A stretch of 64,000 nucleotides of DNA, taken from Anaerolineales bacterium. GTDB taxonomy: Bacteria; Chloroflexota; Anaerolineae; Anaerolineales; UBA11858. Below the pieces are notes generated by a model that worked only from the letters and a program-made list of their open reading frames with translations, had not been told where the DNA came from and searched no databases. The translations under genes were made by a program, and so were the position numbers. Below are positions 30,593-40,372 of the stretch, one piece after another. Where the stretch lies: contig JBGCVQ010000098.1 of assembly GCA_045888315.1 (NCBI GenBank), positions 934 through 64,933 on the forward strand. The letters run 5' to 3'. The number at the start of each line of letters is the position of its first letter. The stretch's first letter is position 1.

Positions 30593-31660
30593 CTAAGGGG
30601 GAGGCAGGACAAACCAGGGATTGACAAACCCGCCCTGGAAGCGGACCTCGAAGTGCAGGTGGGCTCCGGTGGAATTCCCGGTGTTGCCGCCATACCCGAT
30701 CGTGGATCCCTGTACCACACTCTGCCCGCAGCCCACGGCAACTCCAGACAGGTGGGCGTAAAGGGTCTGATAGCCAGTCCCATGATCGATGATGATCACA
30801 TTCCCATAGCCCCCGGTTGACCATCCGGCAAAGACGACCACGCCAGAATCCGCAGCGAAGATCGGCTCACCTTCTACCAAGCCGATATCGATCGCCAGGT
30901 GGCCGGACCAGTAATCGTTGCCAGACAGGGTATGACCGATCGTCGGCCAAATGAAACCTCCGGTGCCATAGATCCCCTCAAACGGACCGGAACAAGCCCC
31001 TTCGCCGTATACTCCGGAGGATACACCCGCAGCGCCTCTGGCGATGGTGGGCATGATCCACTGCTGGAATTCACGCTGTCCGCCAGGGATCATCACCATA
31101 TCGCCCGGATCGATGGTCGGATTCAACAGGTCCAGGTCATTGCCGATCCAGTTGATGATCGCTTGCGGATCGGTGTCGAATTCAGCCGCGACCGATTCCG
31201 GGGTGTCTCCTTCTTCCCACTTATAAAAGATGCCGTCGATGGGTGGTATATAGAGTTCCATTCCCGGTCGCAGCGAATGGGGGTTGTCCTTCAGGGTGTC
31301 GTAATTGGACCACAGGATCGTTTCAGGCTCGATATTGAACTTTTCTGCAAGGGCAAACAGGGAATCCAGGGGCTGAACAACGTATGTGGTCACACTCGTA
31401 TTCTCCCGTTCCGGGATCACTGTCAGCATCTTGGCAGCCCTGGTGATAGCAGGCGGATCGCTCTGCTGACCCACGAAATCAGGGATGCGGTAGCTCTTAT
31501 CTTCCTGGACTGGGATCTCAACAGCCGGTTGGGGTTTTTCCTGGTATAGCGAGATATGCTGGTCAGTGAAATACTGCATGTACGCCAATGTACCGGCGCC
31601 AGCGATCAACAGAAAGGCCACTACCCATAAGAACCAAGAAAGAAGGATATCCCTGCGCAT
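30593..31660 (-). CDS. M23 family metallopeptidase with LysM-like domains
   Basis: 355 aa with an N-terminal TM helix and LysM-like YVVQPLDSLFALAEKF. The M23 motifs are HLAIDIG, GYGNVIIIDHGTGYQTLYAHLS and GAHLHFEV. Confidence 0.9.
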   Translation of the reverse strand: MRRDILLSWFLWVVAFLLIAGAGTLAYMQYFTDQHISLYQEKPQPAVEIPVQEDKSYRIPDFVGQQSDPPAITRAAKMLTVIPERENTSVTTYVVQPLDSLFALAEKFNIEPETILWSNYDTLKDNPHSLRPGMELYIPPIDGIFYKWEEGDTPESVAAEFDTDPQAIINWIGNDLDLLNPTIDPGDMVMIPGGQREFQQWIMPTIARGAAGVSSGVYGEGACSGPFEGIYGTGGFIWPTIGHTLSGNDYWSGHLAIDIGLVEGEPIFAADSGVVVFAGWSTGGYGNVIIIDHGTGYQTLYAHLSGVAVGCGQSVVQGSTIGYGGNTGNSTGAHLHFEVRFQGGFVNPWFVLPPP

Positions 31661-31686
31661 AAACCGATATTATATCCCCAGAGCGC

Positions 31687-32958
31687 TTATTCGTTAAGCG
31701 TTGCCAGGAACTCTTCGTTGTTGCTGGTCTCGCTGATCCTTTTCAGGATGGTCTCGGTAGCGGTGGATTGGTCCATACCCGCGCCGTGGGGTGGGTCGGA
31801 GACCATCTGCTCGTACATCCTGCGCATCAGCCAGACGCGGGGAGTCAGATCCGGGCCTAACAGCAGCTCTTCGCGCCGTGTGGATGAACGAGAGATATCG
31901 ATGGCCGGGAATACCCGGCGTTCCTGCAGAGTCCTGGAAAGGTGAAGTTCCATATTGCCGGTTCCCTTGAATTCCTCGTACACCACATCATCCATGCGTG
32001 ATCCGGTATCGATCAAGCAGGTGCCGATGATGGTCAGAGAACCACCTTCCTCGATATTGCGGGCAGCCCCGAAGAAGCGCTTGGGCGGATAGAGTGCTGA
32101 GGGATCGATGCCGCCCGAAAGGGTGCGGCCAGAGGGCGTGACCACCAGGTTATAGGCTCGGGCGAGCCGGGTGATGGAATCAAGCATCACCACCACATCC
32201 ATACCGGATTCGACCAGGCGCTTGGCTCTTTCCAGGACCATTTCGGCTACCCGGACATGGGAGGAAACGGGTTCATCGAAGGTAGAGGAGATCACTTCCG
32301 CGTCAACCGAGCGGTCCATATCAGTGACCTCTTCCGGGCGCTCACCGATGAGGGCCACGATCAAGTGCACCTGGGGATATTTCCCGGAAATGGCATTGGT
32401 CATTTCCTTCAAAATGGTAGTCTTCCCTGCCTTTGGCGGGGAGACGATCAAACCACGCTGGCCTTTTCCCACCGGGGTGATGAGGTTGATCAGCCGGGTA
32501 GACGTGATGTGAGGAGAAGTCTCCAAGTCAAAACGTTCATTGGGGAAGATCGGGGTCAGGAGGCGGAAATCAGGCCGCCGTTTGGCTTCCTTGGGCTCCA
32601 TCCCGTTGACGCTCTCCGCTTTGAGCAGGCCATAATGCCGCTCGGAATTCCGGGGAGGTCGGACATGGCCGATCACCAGGTCCCCGCTGCGCAGATCGAA
32701 CCGCCTGATCTGGGACTGGGAGACATAGATATCGTCCGGCCCGGACATGTAGTCAGCTGAGCGCAGGAATCCGATGCCTTCGCTCATGATCTCTAAAACA
32801 CCGCCCCTGACCTCGCGGCCGTTCAATTCAGCGTCGGCCCGCTGGATCTCCAGCATCAGTGCTTCCTTTTTAAGCCATTTAGCTCGAGGCACATCCAGGT
32901 CAACAGCGATCTGACGCATTTCAGCCAGAGGCTTATCCATCAATTCTTTAGTATCCAT
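31687..32958 (-). CDS. rho: Transcription termination factor Rho
   Basis: It has Walker A PPKAGKTT, an RNA-binding N-domain ([17 protein letters not shown]) and a typical C terminus. The start is placed at the ATG 32956-32958. The ORF track starts 12 nt upstream at a TTG. Confidence 0.95.
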   Translation of the reverse strand: MDTKELMDKPLAEMRQIAVDLDVPRAKWLKKEALMLEIQRADAELNGREVRGGVLEIMSEGIGFLRSADYMSGPDDIYVSQSQIRRFDLRSGDLVIGHVRPPRNSERHYGLLKAESVNGMEPKEAKRRPDFRLLTPIFPNERFDLETSPHITSTRLINLITPVGKGQRGLIVSPPKAGKTTILKEMTNAISGKYPQVHLIVALIGERPEEVTDMDRSVDAEVISSTFDEPVSSHVRVAEMVLERAKRLVESGMDVVVMLDSITRLARAYNLVVTPSGRTLSGGIDPSALYPPKRFFGAARNIEEGGSLTIIGTCLIDTGSRMDDVVYEEFKGTGNMELHLSRTLQERRVFPAIDISRSSTRREELLLGPDLTPRVWLMRRMYEQMVSDPPHGAGMDQSTATETILKRISETSNNEEFLATLNE

Positions 32959-33115
32959 ACTTTCTCTCAATAGGGGTAAGCTTGATAGGATGATAATACA
33001 CTGTGATATAAATTGGAGAAAACTCCAATCTCATGCACCAACATATTCGCACAATTGCGATATTGGGGAATAAGCCAGGTTCAATTAGTCCTTAATGAGG
33101 GGTTTGAACGATTGA

Positions 33116-33144
33116 ATTATAGCATGAAGGGCAGGTGTATGCAA
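33116..33144 (-). promoter_or_regulatory. Sigma-70-type promoter for rho: TTGCAT-N17-TATAAT
   Basis: Minus-strand reading gives TTGCAT acacctgcccttcatgc TATAAT. This implies a ~150-nt rho leader containing hairpins (ATTGGAG-aaaa-CTCCAAT at 33012-33029; TCGCA-caat-TGCGA at ~33047-33060). Confidence 0.5.
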
Positions 33145-33277
33145 CGTTATAGGCGATGAAAACCAGCAAGAATTTCTGGTTTTTTTCAGAAGCACTTCCA
33201 CCTCAACCTCTTTCTTCAAAGGAAATCCTTTCCAGCCTGTTCAACCCCCCACTGGCGAAAAATCCCCCAGTTACAAA

Positions 33278-33286
33278 TGGTATAAT
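33278..33286 (+). promoter_or_regulatory. Extended -10 promoter element TGgTATAAT for prfA
   Basis: Read directly, 43 nt upstream of the prfA ATG. No good -35 element. Confidence 0.4.
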
Positions 33287-33328
33287 TTTGCAGCAGTATG
33301 ATTATGGTGAGGATAGGTGTAAAAATCT

Positions 33329-34408
33329 ATGAAGATGCTTCTGGACAAATTAGAAGGCATTGAAGAACGCTTTCAAGAGATCAACGACCAGCTGCTGGCA
33401 GTGGGAGATGACTATCATCTGGCTGCTGAACTTGGCAAAGAAAAAGCTGACCTGGACCCTTTCATTGAGAAGATCCAGACATACCGGGAATCCCTTTCCC
33501 AGCTGGAAGAAGCCCAGTCCTTGGCGGAGAACGCTGAACCGGAAATGCAGGAACTGGCCGAGATGGAAATTGGGAGCCTGACTGACCAGATCCAGGTCCT
33601 GGAGGATCAGCTCAAGCGCATGCTGGTACCCAAGGATTCCCGGGATGACCGCAATGTCATCCTTGAGATCAGGGCTGGCGCTGGAGGGGATGAAGCAGGT
33701 CTGTTCGCAGGAGACCTGTTCCGGATGTACAGCCGCTACGCAGAGCGCAAAGGCTGGAAGATCGAGGTCATGTCCATCAGCGAGACTGGTGTGGGAGGCC
33801 TCAAAGAAGTCTCCGCGTTGATCAAAGGCCGCGGCGCTTATTCCAGGTTGAAATACGAATCCGGGGTTCACCGGGTCCAGCGCGTTCCGGAAACCGAATC
33901 ACAGGGCCGCATACATACATCCACTGCTACCGTTGCTGTGCTGGCTGAGGTCGACGATGTCGATGAGATCAACATCCCTGCCAGCGATATCATCATGGAT
34001 GTCTACAAAGCCGGGGGGCCTGGTGGGCAGAACGTCCAGAAGAACTCCACCGCCATCCGCCTGACCCATAAACCGACCGGGATCGTGGTCCAGTGCCAGG
34101 ACGAAAGGTCCCAGCTCCAAAACCGGGAACGGGCCATGAGCATCCTCAAAGCCAAGCTGTACGAGATCGAGGAGACCAAACGGTGGGAAGAGCAGGATGC
34201 AGACCGCCGCTCCCAGGTGGGATCGGGCGACCGCTCAGAGAAGATCCGCACCTATAATTTTCCCCAGTCCAGGATCACCGACCACCGCATCAACTTCTCC
34301 GTTCACCAGCTGGCTGCGGTACTGGACGGCGAGATCGACCCCTTTATTGAGGAACTGGCAACCGAAGATGAAGCCAAACGCCTCGCAGAAGCAGGCTTTG
34401 ACGAATAA
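33329..34408 (+). CDS. prfA: Peptide chain release factor 1
   Basis: 359 aa with the GGQ motif (GPGGQNVQK) and RF1-type tripeptide region RVPETESQGRIHTS. Confidence 0.96.
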   Translation: MKMLLDKLEGIEERFQEINDQLLAVGDDYHLAAELGKEKADLDPFIEKIQTYRESLSQLEEAQSLAENAEPEMQELAEMEIGSLTDQIQVLEDQLKRMLVPKDSRDDRNVILEIRAGAGGDEAGLFAGDLFRMYSRYAERKGWKIEVMSISETGVGGLKEVSALIKGRGAYSRLKYESGVHRVQRVPETESQGRIHTSTATVAVLAEVDDVDEINIPASDIIMDVYKAGGPGGQNVQKNSTAIRLTHKPTGIVVQCQDERSQLQNRERAMSILKAKLYEIEETKRWEEQDADRRSQVGSGDRSEKIRTYNFPQSRITDHRINFSVHQLAAVLDGEIDPFIEELATEDEAKRLAEAGFDE

Positions 34409-35255
34409 CCCGGACCAAGCCCCGACCTCTCTATTAAATGAAGTCAAGGGTTTGGTGACTCCCCACAGCGAATCCCCTACGCTGGATTCCCTGGAGCTGC
34501 TTTCACATGTCACTGGCTTGGACCGGGCAAAAATATTGGCTCACCCCGATCCCGTTCTGGATCCAGAGCAGGTCAAGGATCTGGACCGAGCCCTGAAGCA
34601 GATCCAAAAGGGCACTCCCCTTCCCTATGTGCTGGGGAAATGGGAATTCTTCAACCATTCCTTCCAGATCTCCAGCGATGTCCTCATCCCCCGGCCGGAA
34701 ACCGAGGGGCTGGTGGAACTAGCCTTGGACTGGCTGGATGATCACCCCGAGAGGCGCTCCAGCCTGGAGTTGGGCACAGGCTGCGGATGCATCGCGGTCT
34801 CCCTGGCAAAAGCCCTCCCGGATCTGAAGATCAGGGCAACGGATATCTCCCCTAAAGCTCTGGAAATCGCCCGGGGAAATGCCCGACAGCATGGAGTCGA
34901 AGACCAGATCGAGTTCCTGGAATGCGATCTATTGAATGGGGTCCAGGGCAAGGTCGATCTGCTGATTGCCAATCTCCCGTATATCCCAACCAGAAAACTC
35001 CGCACCTTGAAGGTGTTCCAGACTGAGCCCATACTCGCCCTGGATGGCGGCGAGGATGGCCTGTATTACATCAAGCAGGTGCTTCAGAACGCCGGGGAAT
35101 ATTTGCAGCCCGGCGGCGCTGTATTCCTGGAGATCGATGAGGACACAGGCGCTGCCGCTCTCCAGCTGGCACATGATGTGTGGCCTGGTTTGCCAATCCA
35201 GCTCGATCAGGATCTGGCCGGTCAGGACCGCTACCTATCCATTCAATGCCCATGA
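34368..35255 (+). CDS. prmC: Release factor glutamine N5-methyltransferase
   Basis: It has a SAM-binding block LELGTGCGCIA and the NLPY (NPPY-type) motif. The start is uncertain (ATG 34368 or TTG 34398). The ORF-track start at 34197 overlaps prfA and is an artefact. Confidence 0.88.
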   Translation: MKPNASQKQALTNNPDQAPTSLLNEVKGLVTPHSESPTLDSLELLSHVTGLDRAKILAHPDPVLDPEQVKDLDRALKQIQKGTPLPYVLGKWEFFNHSFQISSDVLIPRPETEGLVELALDWLDDHPERRSSLELGTGCGCIAVSLAKALPDLKIRATDISPKALEIARGNARQHGVEDQIEFLECDLLNGVQGKVDLLIANLPYIPTRKLRTLKVFQTEPILALDGGEDGLYYIKQVLQNAGEYLQPGGAVFLEIDEDTGAAALQLAHDVWPGLPIQLDQDLAGQDRYLSIQCP

Positions 35256-35884
35256 ATGATATCGCCCCCAGACTGCCGATTAGCCATCCCCAGGCTTTCA
35301 CCCAGGCGGAACAACTGATCCAATCCGGGGGAGTGATCGCCTTTCCAACCGATACGGTCTATGGGATCGGCGCCAGCGCATTCCAGACAGAAGCTATCGA
35401 AAGGATCTACCACATCAAAGACCGCTCTCACCTCAAAGCCATCCCCATCCTGCTGGCTGATCCAGAGGATTTGGAGAAAGTCACACCTCCTCTTTCCCCG
35501 ACAGCGGAAAGACTGGTGAAAAGGTTCTGGCCGGGAGCGCTGACCCTGGTCCTCCCTATGCTGCCAGCCCTTCCCGGGATCCTCTCCCCCACACCCACGA
35601 TCGGGGTCCGCATACCTGACCATGCTCGAGCCCGGGCGCTGCTGCGGGCAGTCGGCCCCTTGGCCGCCACATCAGCCAACCTCACCGGAGATCCTCCAGC
35701 CTTGACCGCGGAGCAGGTCGAGCGTAGTATCGGCAGCCGGGTCCAGTTGATCCTGGATGGAGGCAGTGCTCCGGGTGGAATTTCCTCGACAGTGGTTGAC
35801 TGCAGCGGAGAGGAACCGCTGCTCCTCAGGGAAGGCCCGCTCAGCTGGGATGAGATCAAGGGATTTCTGTCAAGCGCTGGCTGA
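35252..35884 (+). CDS. tsaC: L-threonylcarbamoyladenylate synthase (YrdC/Sua5 family, short form)
   Basis: VIAFPTDTVYGIGA, IYHIKDR, FWPGALTLVL, IGVRIPDH, SANLTG. ATGA overlap with the prmC stop. Confidence 0.88.
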   Translation: MNDIAPRLPISHPQAFTQAEQLIQSGGVIAFPTDTVYGIGASAFQTEAIERIYHIKDRSHLKAIPILLADPEDLEKVTPPLSPTAERLVKRFWPGALTLVLPMLPALPGILSPTPTIGVRIPDHARARALLRAVGPLAATSANLTGDPPALTAEQVERSIGSRVQLILDGGSAPGGISSTVVDCSGEEPLLLREGPLSWDEIKGFLSSAG

Positions 35885-36009
35885 TCCGGATCTAACCAAG
35901 CAGGGTCAATGACCGCCGCCACTTGTACCCAACCCCGAAATTTTGATAAGATAGTATTAGACACCTTCATGATAGTGCCTAGCTAACCTGTACATCAGGA
36001 GGAACAGCC

Positions 36010-36888
36010 ATGGAAGACAAGATGGATTTCGAACTCTCTGGAGGATCCCCGGATAAGAGCGAAGTATTCTCAGACAAGCTGATCTGGCTCTTGAAAGGAT
36101 TTGTATATCCTCTTTGGAACCGGCCTTATTATAAAGAAGCAGCCAGCCGGGGAATGGGAATCGCGCTGGTCTTCCTGCTGCTTTTTGCCCTCCTGCAAAC
36201 CATCGTTACCGCCACGACCGTCGCCACCAGCTTATCCGGTTTCGGCGGTGAGATCCAGGAGGCCTACAGCAGCGGGGAGATCCCGGACATCCGGATTGCC
36301 AATGGCGTTGCCAGCACTTCCGGGTCAGGAAAATACCTGATCGAGAATAACCGGCAGCTGGTTGGCATCGACACCACTGGTTCCACCTCTGAGATCGACA
36401 CCAGCCAGTACAGCGAAGGTGTACTGCTTACACGGACTGATCTTCACCTGGTCAACGAGGACGGCTACCAGGTCTTCCCCCTGACCGAGCTGAATCAGAC
36501 CTTCGGCGATCCCATTGTCCTGGATGCCGCCAGCGTCACCAGGCTCTGGAGCCGGATTGCGGTCTTCATCAATCTCTCGGTCTTCTTCGGGGGCTACCTG
36601 TTCTATTCGGTAGGTAGGTTCATTTACCTGGTCCTGCTGGGGTTGATCGTCTGGGCTGCTGCTTCGCTGAGCAAGAAGGGAGTGGATTTCGCGCCAGTCT
36701 TGATCACCGGGATATTCGCCAATGTGCCTACAACCTACCTGATGTTCATACTTCGAAAGGTCGGGTTCAATTTCTTCGGACTCCGGGCATTGATCCTGTT
36801 CGCTATCTGGGGCATCGCGATCGCTTTCGTCCTGAAAATGCGCGAGGGTGAATCTGCTCTCGATGCTTCTGTGAACGACATTATTTAG
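36010..36888 (+). CDS. Multi-pass membrane protein of unknown function (possibly DUF1189-like)
   Basis: 292 aa with an AGGAGG RBS. It has TM helices at both ends and a soluble loop in the middle. Confidence 0.5.
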   Translation: MEDKMDFELSGGSPDKSEVFSDKLIWLLKGFVYPLWNRPYYKEAASRGMGIALVFLLLFALLQTIVTATTVATSLSGFGGEIQEAYSSGEIPDIRIANGVASTSGSGKYLIENNRQLVGIDTTGSTSEIDTSQYSEGVLLTRTDLHLVNEDGYQVFPLTELNQTFGDPIVLDAASVTRLWSRIAVFINLSVFFGGYLFYSVGRFIYLVLLGLIVWAAASLSKKGVDFAPVLITGIFANVPTTYLMFILRKVGFNFFGLRALILFAIWGIAIAFVLKMREGESALDASVNDII

Positions 36889-36920
36889 GTTAAGTCGATC
36901 ACAAATCTACAACCGCAAGA

Positions 36921-36957
36921 AAGAGGGAGATGGGTCATTTCGATCCATCTCCCTCTT
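36921..36957. terminator. Bidirectional terminator, perfect 13-bp stem AAGAGGGAGATGG / CCATCTCCCTCTT, followed by TTTTA
   Basis: Read directly between convergent genes ending at 36888 (+) and 36984 (-). Confidence 0.75.
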
Positions 36958-36983
36958 TTATTGCTGCCCAATTCAGGTGGACT

Positions 36984-37967
36984 TCACTTGGAATCAAGAA
37001 TGAGCTCCCCCAGTCTTCTCTTCGGAACATGATGTCGGTCTCCGGTATCCCGCCAATACTTGATGCCGCCATTCTCATCCACTTCATCCAATACCACGTT
37101 CTCCGCAGGCTTCCCGAGGGCGATCACCAGCAGAATCTCGTAGCGCTCGGGGATTGCCAGTTCAGACCGCAGCTGCTCCCGCTTGATCGAGCCGATCAGG
37201 CAGGCTCCCAAGCCGAGCTCCACTGCTCCCAGGGTGATGGATTGGCAGGCAATCCCGGCATCATACTGAAATGACTTGGCCAGCTCCCTATCTCCCACAA
37301 CGATGATGTAAGCAGCAGGCCTCTCACCTTCCTCTGGACCGTTCCATTCCTTGAGATACCCTGCCCAGGAAAGGGTCGGAAATATCCGTAGATTGCTCTG
37401 CTCTTGAAAGGAAAGGACGTATTTCAGGGGCTGCAAATTGGCGGAGGAAGCCGACTGCCTGGTGAGGTTGATTAACTTGCGAAGGGTCTTTTCCTTGATC
37501 CGGTGGGCCTCCTTAAAGCGCCTTACGCTGCGGTTGAGGCGGGTCAGCCGGGACATACCCTGCCAGCTGACAGAAATTCCGCCCAAGAGCGCTACGAGTG
37601 CAGCGGGAGGAGCTGCTATCACAGCTACCAGAAAGAAGAATACCTCTAAAAATCCCACCAGGTCCTGGATGACAGGGATCCCCTGCACCACGGTTCCCAG
37701 GGCATAGAGCAGATTGTGGAGAACCCCTCCCACCGGAAAGGCAGCCAGGGAGGCGATCAGCAGCTGCCAGTATTCCCGTGCCGATGGCCAATTCCAAACC
37801 CAAGCACCTGCCAGGCAGGCCAGGGCAAAATACAGCAGGGCAATACCGGGAGGATTATCAGAAACGCCCAGAAGTAAAGACCCTCCACCGCCCAGCAGAC
37901 CAGCACCCAGCAGGATCCACTGCGGAATCCTCACAGATGACAGGGTTTTATATAGATTGGACATCAT
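36984..37967 (-). CDS. Nitroreductase-family protein with an N-terminal ~145-aa four-helix membrane domain
   Basis: 327 aa. The C-terminal part RSVRRFKE..SSANLQPLKYV..DAGIACQSITLGAVELGLGAC is a typical nitroreductase fold. The N-terminal part is hydrophobic helices in the same frame with no stop. Confidence 0.75.
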   Translation of the reverse strand: MMSNLYKTLSSVRIPQWILLGAGLLGGGGSLLLGVSDNPPGIALLYFALACLAGAWVWNWPSAREYWQLLIASLAAFPVGGVLHNLLYALGTVVQGIPVIQDLVGFLEVFFFLVAVIAAPPAALVALLGGISVSWQGMSRLTRLNRSVRRFKEAHRIKEKTLRKLINLTRQSASSANLQPLKYVLSFQEQSNLRIFPTLSWAGYLKEWNGPEEGERPAAYIIVVGDRELAKSFQYDAGIACQSITLGAVELGLGACLIGSIKREQLRSELAIPERYEILLVIALGKPAENVVLDEVDENGGIKYWRDTGDRHHVPKRRLGELILDSK

Positions 37968-38020
37968 TCACCTCCAACAGGGGGGAGTTAAATTGATTCA
38001 ACCAGTAAGAGTACTTTCAA

Positions 38021-39091
38021 CTAGAGATCGGAGAGGGACCAGGTAGGAGCCGCATCCATTTCCAGATCATCCCGAAAACCCGCCTGGAAACGGAAACAGC
38101 CCGCACCGGCGATCATCGCCGCGTTATCTGTGCAAAGAGACAGTGGGGGGATATGCACCCTGTATTTCCGCAGGGATTTGAACTTTTTCCTCAGTGCCTG
38201 GTTGGCTGAGACGCCGCCAGCCACCAGGATGTCAGTGGTGCCAAACTCCTCGGCCGCCCGGATGGTCTTTTGAAAAAGGACTTCGACCACAGCTGCCTGG
38301 AAGCTGGCTGCCAGGTCAGCCTTGGGAAGGCTGCTCTTGGCTTTTTCGAGGTCCTGGACGGTGCGCAGCACCGCTGTCTTCAGACCGCTGAACGAGAAGT
38401 TATAGGTCTCATCCAGCCAGGCCCTCGGAAAATCAAACATGCTTGGGTTCCCTTCTTCCGCGGCTTTTTGGATGGCCGGACCGCCTGGGTAACCAAGATC
38501 CAGCAGGCGGGCGACTTTATCAAATGCTTCGCCAGCTGCATCATCCAGGGTCCCACCCAGGCGCTCATATACAAGGTGGTCTCTCATCAGGTTCAGTTCG
38601 GTGTGTCCGCCAGAGACGATCAGTGCCAGCAGTGGAAATCCAGGAGGATCCGGTAGTTCCTGTCCCTCCTCTACCAACCAGGGCGAGTAGAGGTGCCCTT
38701 CCAGGTGATTGATCCCGATCAGCGGAAGTCCGCTGCCAATCGCCAGGCCCTTGGCCATATTGATGCCCACGACCAGGGATCCTGGAAGCCCCGGCCCCCG
38801 GGTGACAGCGATCCCATCCAGGTCGGCTAGTTTCAGGTGAGCTTCCTTTAATGCCTGATCGACTATGGGGTAGATGGAGAGGATATGCTGCCGGGAAGCC
38901 ACCTCAGGGAATATGCCCCCGAACTGGGCGTGCAGATCCACTTGTGAGGCAACTGCGCTGGACAGGATCACCCGACCGTTCTCAACCACAGCCGCGGCTG
39001 TCTCATCGCAAGACGATTCAATACCCAGGATTCTGGCCAGGGGTTGATCCAGATTCACCCGCGAGTCTCCACCCAGTTCTTTCTCACTCAT
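38021..39091 (-). CDS. tsaD: tRNA N6-adenosine threonylcarbamoyltransferase
   Basis: 356 aa with ILGIESSCDETAAAV, HLEGHL, VSGGHT and GGVSAN motifs of Kae1/TsaD. Confidence 0.95.
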   Translation of the reverse strand: MSEKELGGDSRVNLDQPLARILGIESSCDETAAAVVENGRVILSSAVASQVDLHAQFGGIFPEVASRQHILSIYPIVDQALKEAHLKLADLDGIAVTRGPGLPGSLVVGINMAKGLAIGSGLPLIGINHLEGHLYSPWLVEEGQELPDPPGFPLLALIVSGGHTELNLMRDHLVYERLGGTLDDAAGEAFDKVARLLDLGYPGGPAIQKAAEEGNPSMFDFPRAWLDETYNFSFSGLKTAVLRTVQDLEKAKSSLPKADLAASFQAAVVEVLFQKTIRAAEEFGTTDILVAGGVSANQALRKKFKSLRKYRVHIPPLSLCTDNAAMIAGAGCFRFQAGFRDDLEMDAAPTWSLSDL

Positions 39092-39118
39092 CTCCGCACC
39101 TCAAGTTCTTTTCGGTCC

Positions 39119-40372
39119 TCAGTCCTCCGCGGACCAATATTTCATGGGAAGCACCAGATCATAAGGATATTCCCCCAGGATCTCCATCTTGCCATCCGGA
39201 CGGACCCAGACTGTGTCCTCCAGCCGGCAGCCCATACCTTGCTCGGGATAATACAAACCTGGCTCGATGGTCACCACCGATCCCGCACTGAGAAGATCAG
39301 ATTCCTCACCGCGCTTGCTGAACCAGGGACTTTCATGGACATCGAGTCCCAAACCGTGCCCCAGGCTGTGCACGTACCCCGACTCAAGCTGGTTGTTCTG
39401 TCGGATCGTTAGGTGTCCGCGCTCCTCAAACAGCTCGCAAGTGCGGTCCTGATAGACTGGCGCTGCGACACCCAGACTGAGCTCCTCCATCAGCTTGTCA
39501 TAAACGTACTTGACATCGTTGTAAATCTTCTGTTCTGCTTCCGGAGCATATCCAAGACACCAGGTCCGGGTGAAATCAAAGAAATACCCACCACCTGCCT
39601 CCTGGGGAAAGATATCGTAGATGATCGTCTTTCCCAGGCAGATCGGATCATCCAGCTTGCCTGCACTGTGAGGGATCCCGGCATCACGACCGATGGCGAA
39701 GATCGTACCTTCAGGATTTTCCACTCCGCTTTTCGCCAGCCAGAGATTGATCTGATCCTTAACCTGTCCAATTGTCAGCGGTTTCCCATCCTCATTGAGA
39801 AGGACTTCATCCTGGTTTACCCGGGAATTCTGAAGCAACCCGGCCGTTTTCCCCACAACATCTGTGGTGATCCTTCCCATATTACGGATGCGTTCGATCT
39901 CAAAGTCATCTTTGGTCGCCCGTGCTTTGAGCAGGACGGAGTCGATGCCCTCTCCCAGGAACTCCACATCCGGCAGCATTTTCTCTAGCTCCTGCAGCAC
40001 TCCATACACCGTGCCAACTTCCTCCTTGCCGTAAATGGAGACCCGGCCCCCGGTGATCCCCAGCTCCTCGAACATCATCTTCAAGATTTTAGCGCTGGCA
40101 AGGGGCATATTCCCAGCAGACTCTTTGAGGACATTCATGAAGTTGTATTTGGAGGTGACGATGGTTTCGATGCCCGTGGAAGCTGCCTCTTCGCGTTCCA
40201 TGGCTCCGCAGAACAGCACCGGTTCCATACCGCGCCTCAAGAACAGGTCCGCCTGGCTGACATGGACATTGCCCGTGAAGTAGGTCATGGCAGAATTGTG
40301 AACAGCCGGACCCATGATCCAGATCACATCGATGTTCTCCTTCTGCATAAGGTGCTGAAGATCATTTTTCAT
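39119..40372 (-). CDS. M24-family metallopeptidase (Xaa-Pro aminopeptidase-like)
   Basis: 417 aa with HSLGHGLGLDVHE, VVTIEPGLY and a creatinase-like N domain. Confidence 0.88.
   Translation of the reverse strand: MKNDLQHLMQKENIDVIWIMGPAVHNSAMTYFTGNVHVSQADLFLRRGMEPVLFCGAMEREEAASTGIETIVTSKYNFMNVLKESAGNMPLASAKILKMMFEELGITGGRVSIYGKEEVGTVYGVLQELEKMLPDVEFLGEGIDSVLLKARATKDDFEIERIRNMGRITTDVVGKTAGLLQNSRVNQDEVLLNEDGKPLTIGQVKDQINLWLAKSGVENPEGTIFAIGRDAGIPHSAGKLDDPICLGKTIIYDIFPQEAGGGYFFDFTRTWCLGYAPEAEQKIYNDVKYVYDKLMEELSLGVAAPVYQDRTCELFEERGHLTIRQNNQLESGYVHSLGHGLGLDVHESPWFSKRGEESDLLSAGSVVTIEPGLYYPEQGMGCRLEDTVWVRPDGKMEILGEYPYDLVLPMKYWSAED

Noticed and set aside
33124-33159. 11-codon mini-ORF (MKGRCMQRYRR) ending at the base of a hairpin, resembling a leader peptide plus attenuator
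   Set aside because: It has no RBS. It coincides with the -10/-35 elements of the strong minus-strand rho promoter, which explains the sequence better. It has no run of regulatory codons.
34197-34367. ORF-track N-terminal extensions of prmC (34197-34367) and likewise of panC (56843-56977), coaX, purA, ssb and tsaC
   Set aside because: The extensions overlap the preceding well-supported genes in another frame. They lack homology to the family N termini. Internal starts with an RBS or stop/start overlaps fit better.
35428-35970. 180-aa minus-strand ORF overlapping tsaC
   Set aside because: It is antisense to a well-supported YrdC-family gene. The translation is Ser/Pro/Arg-rich with no domain signature.
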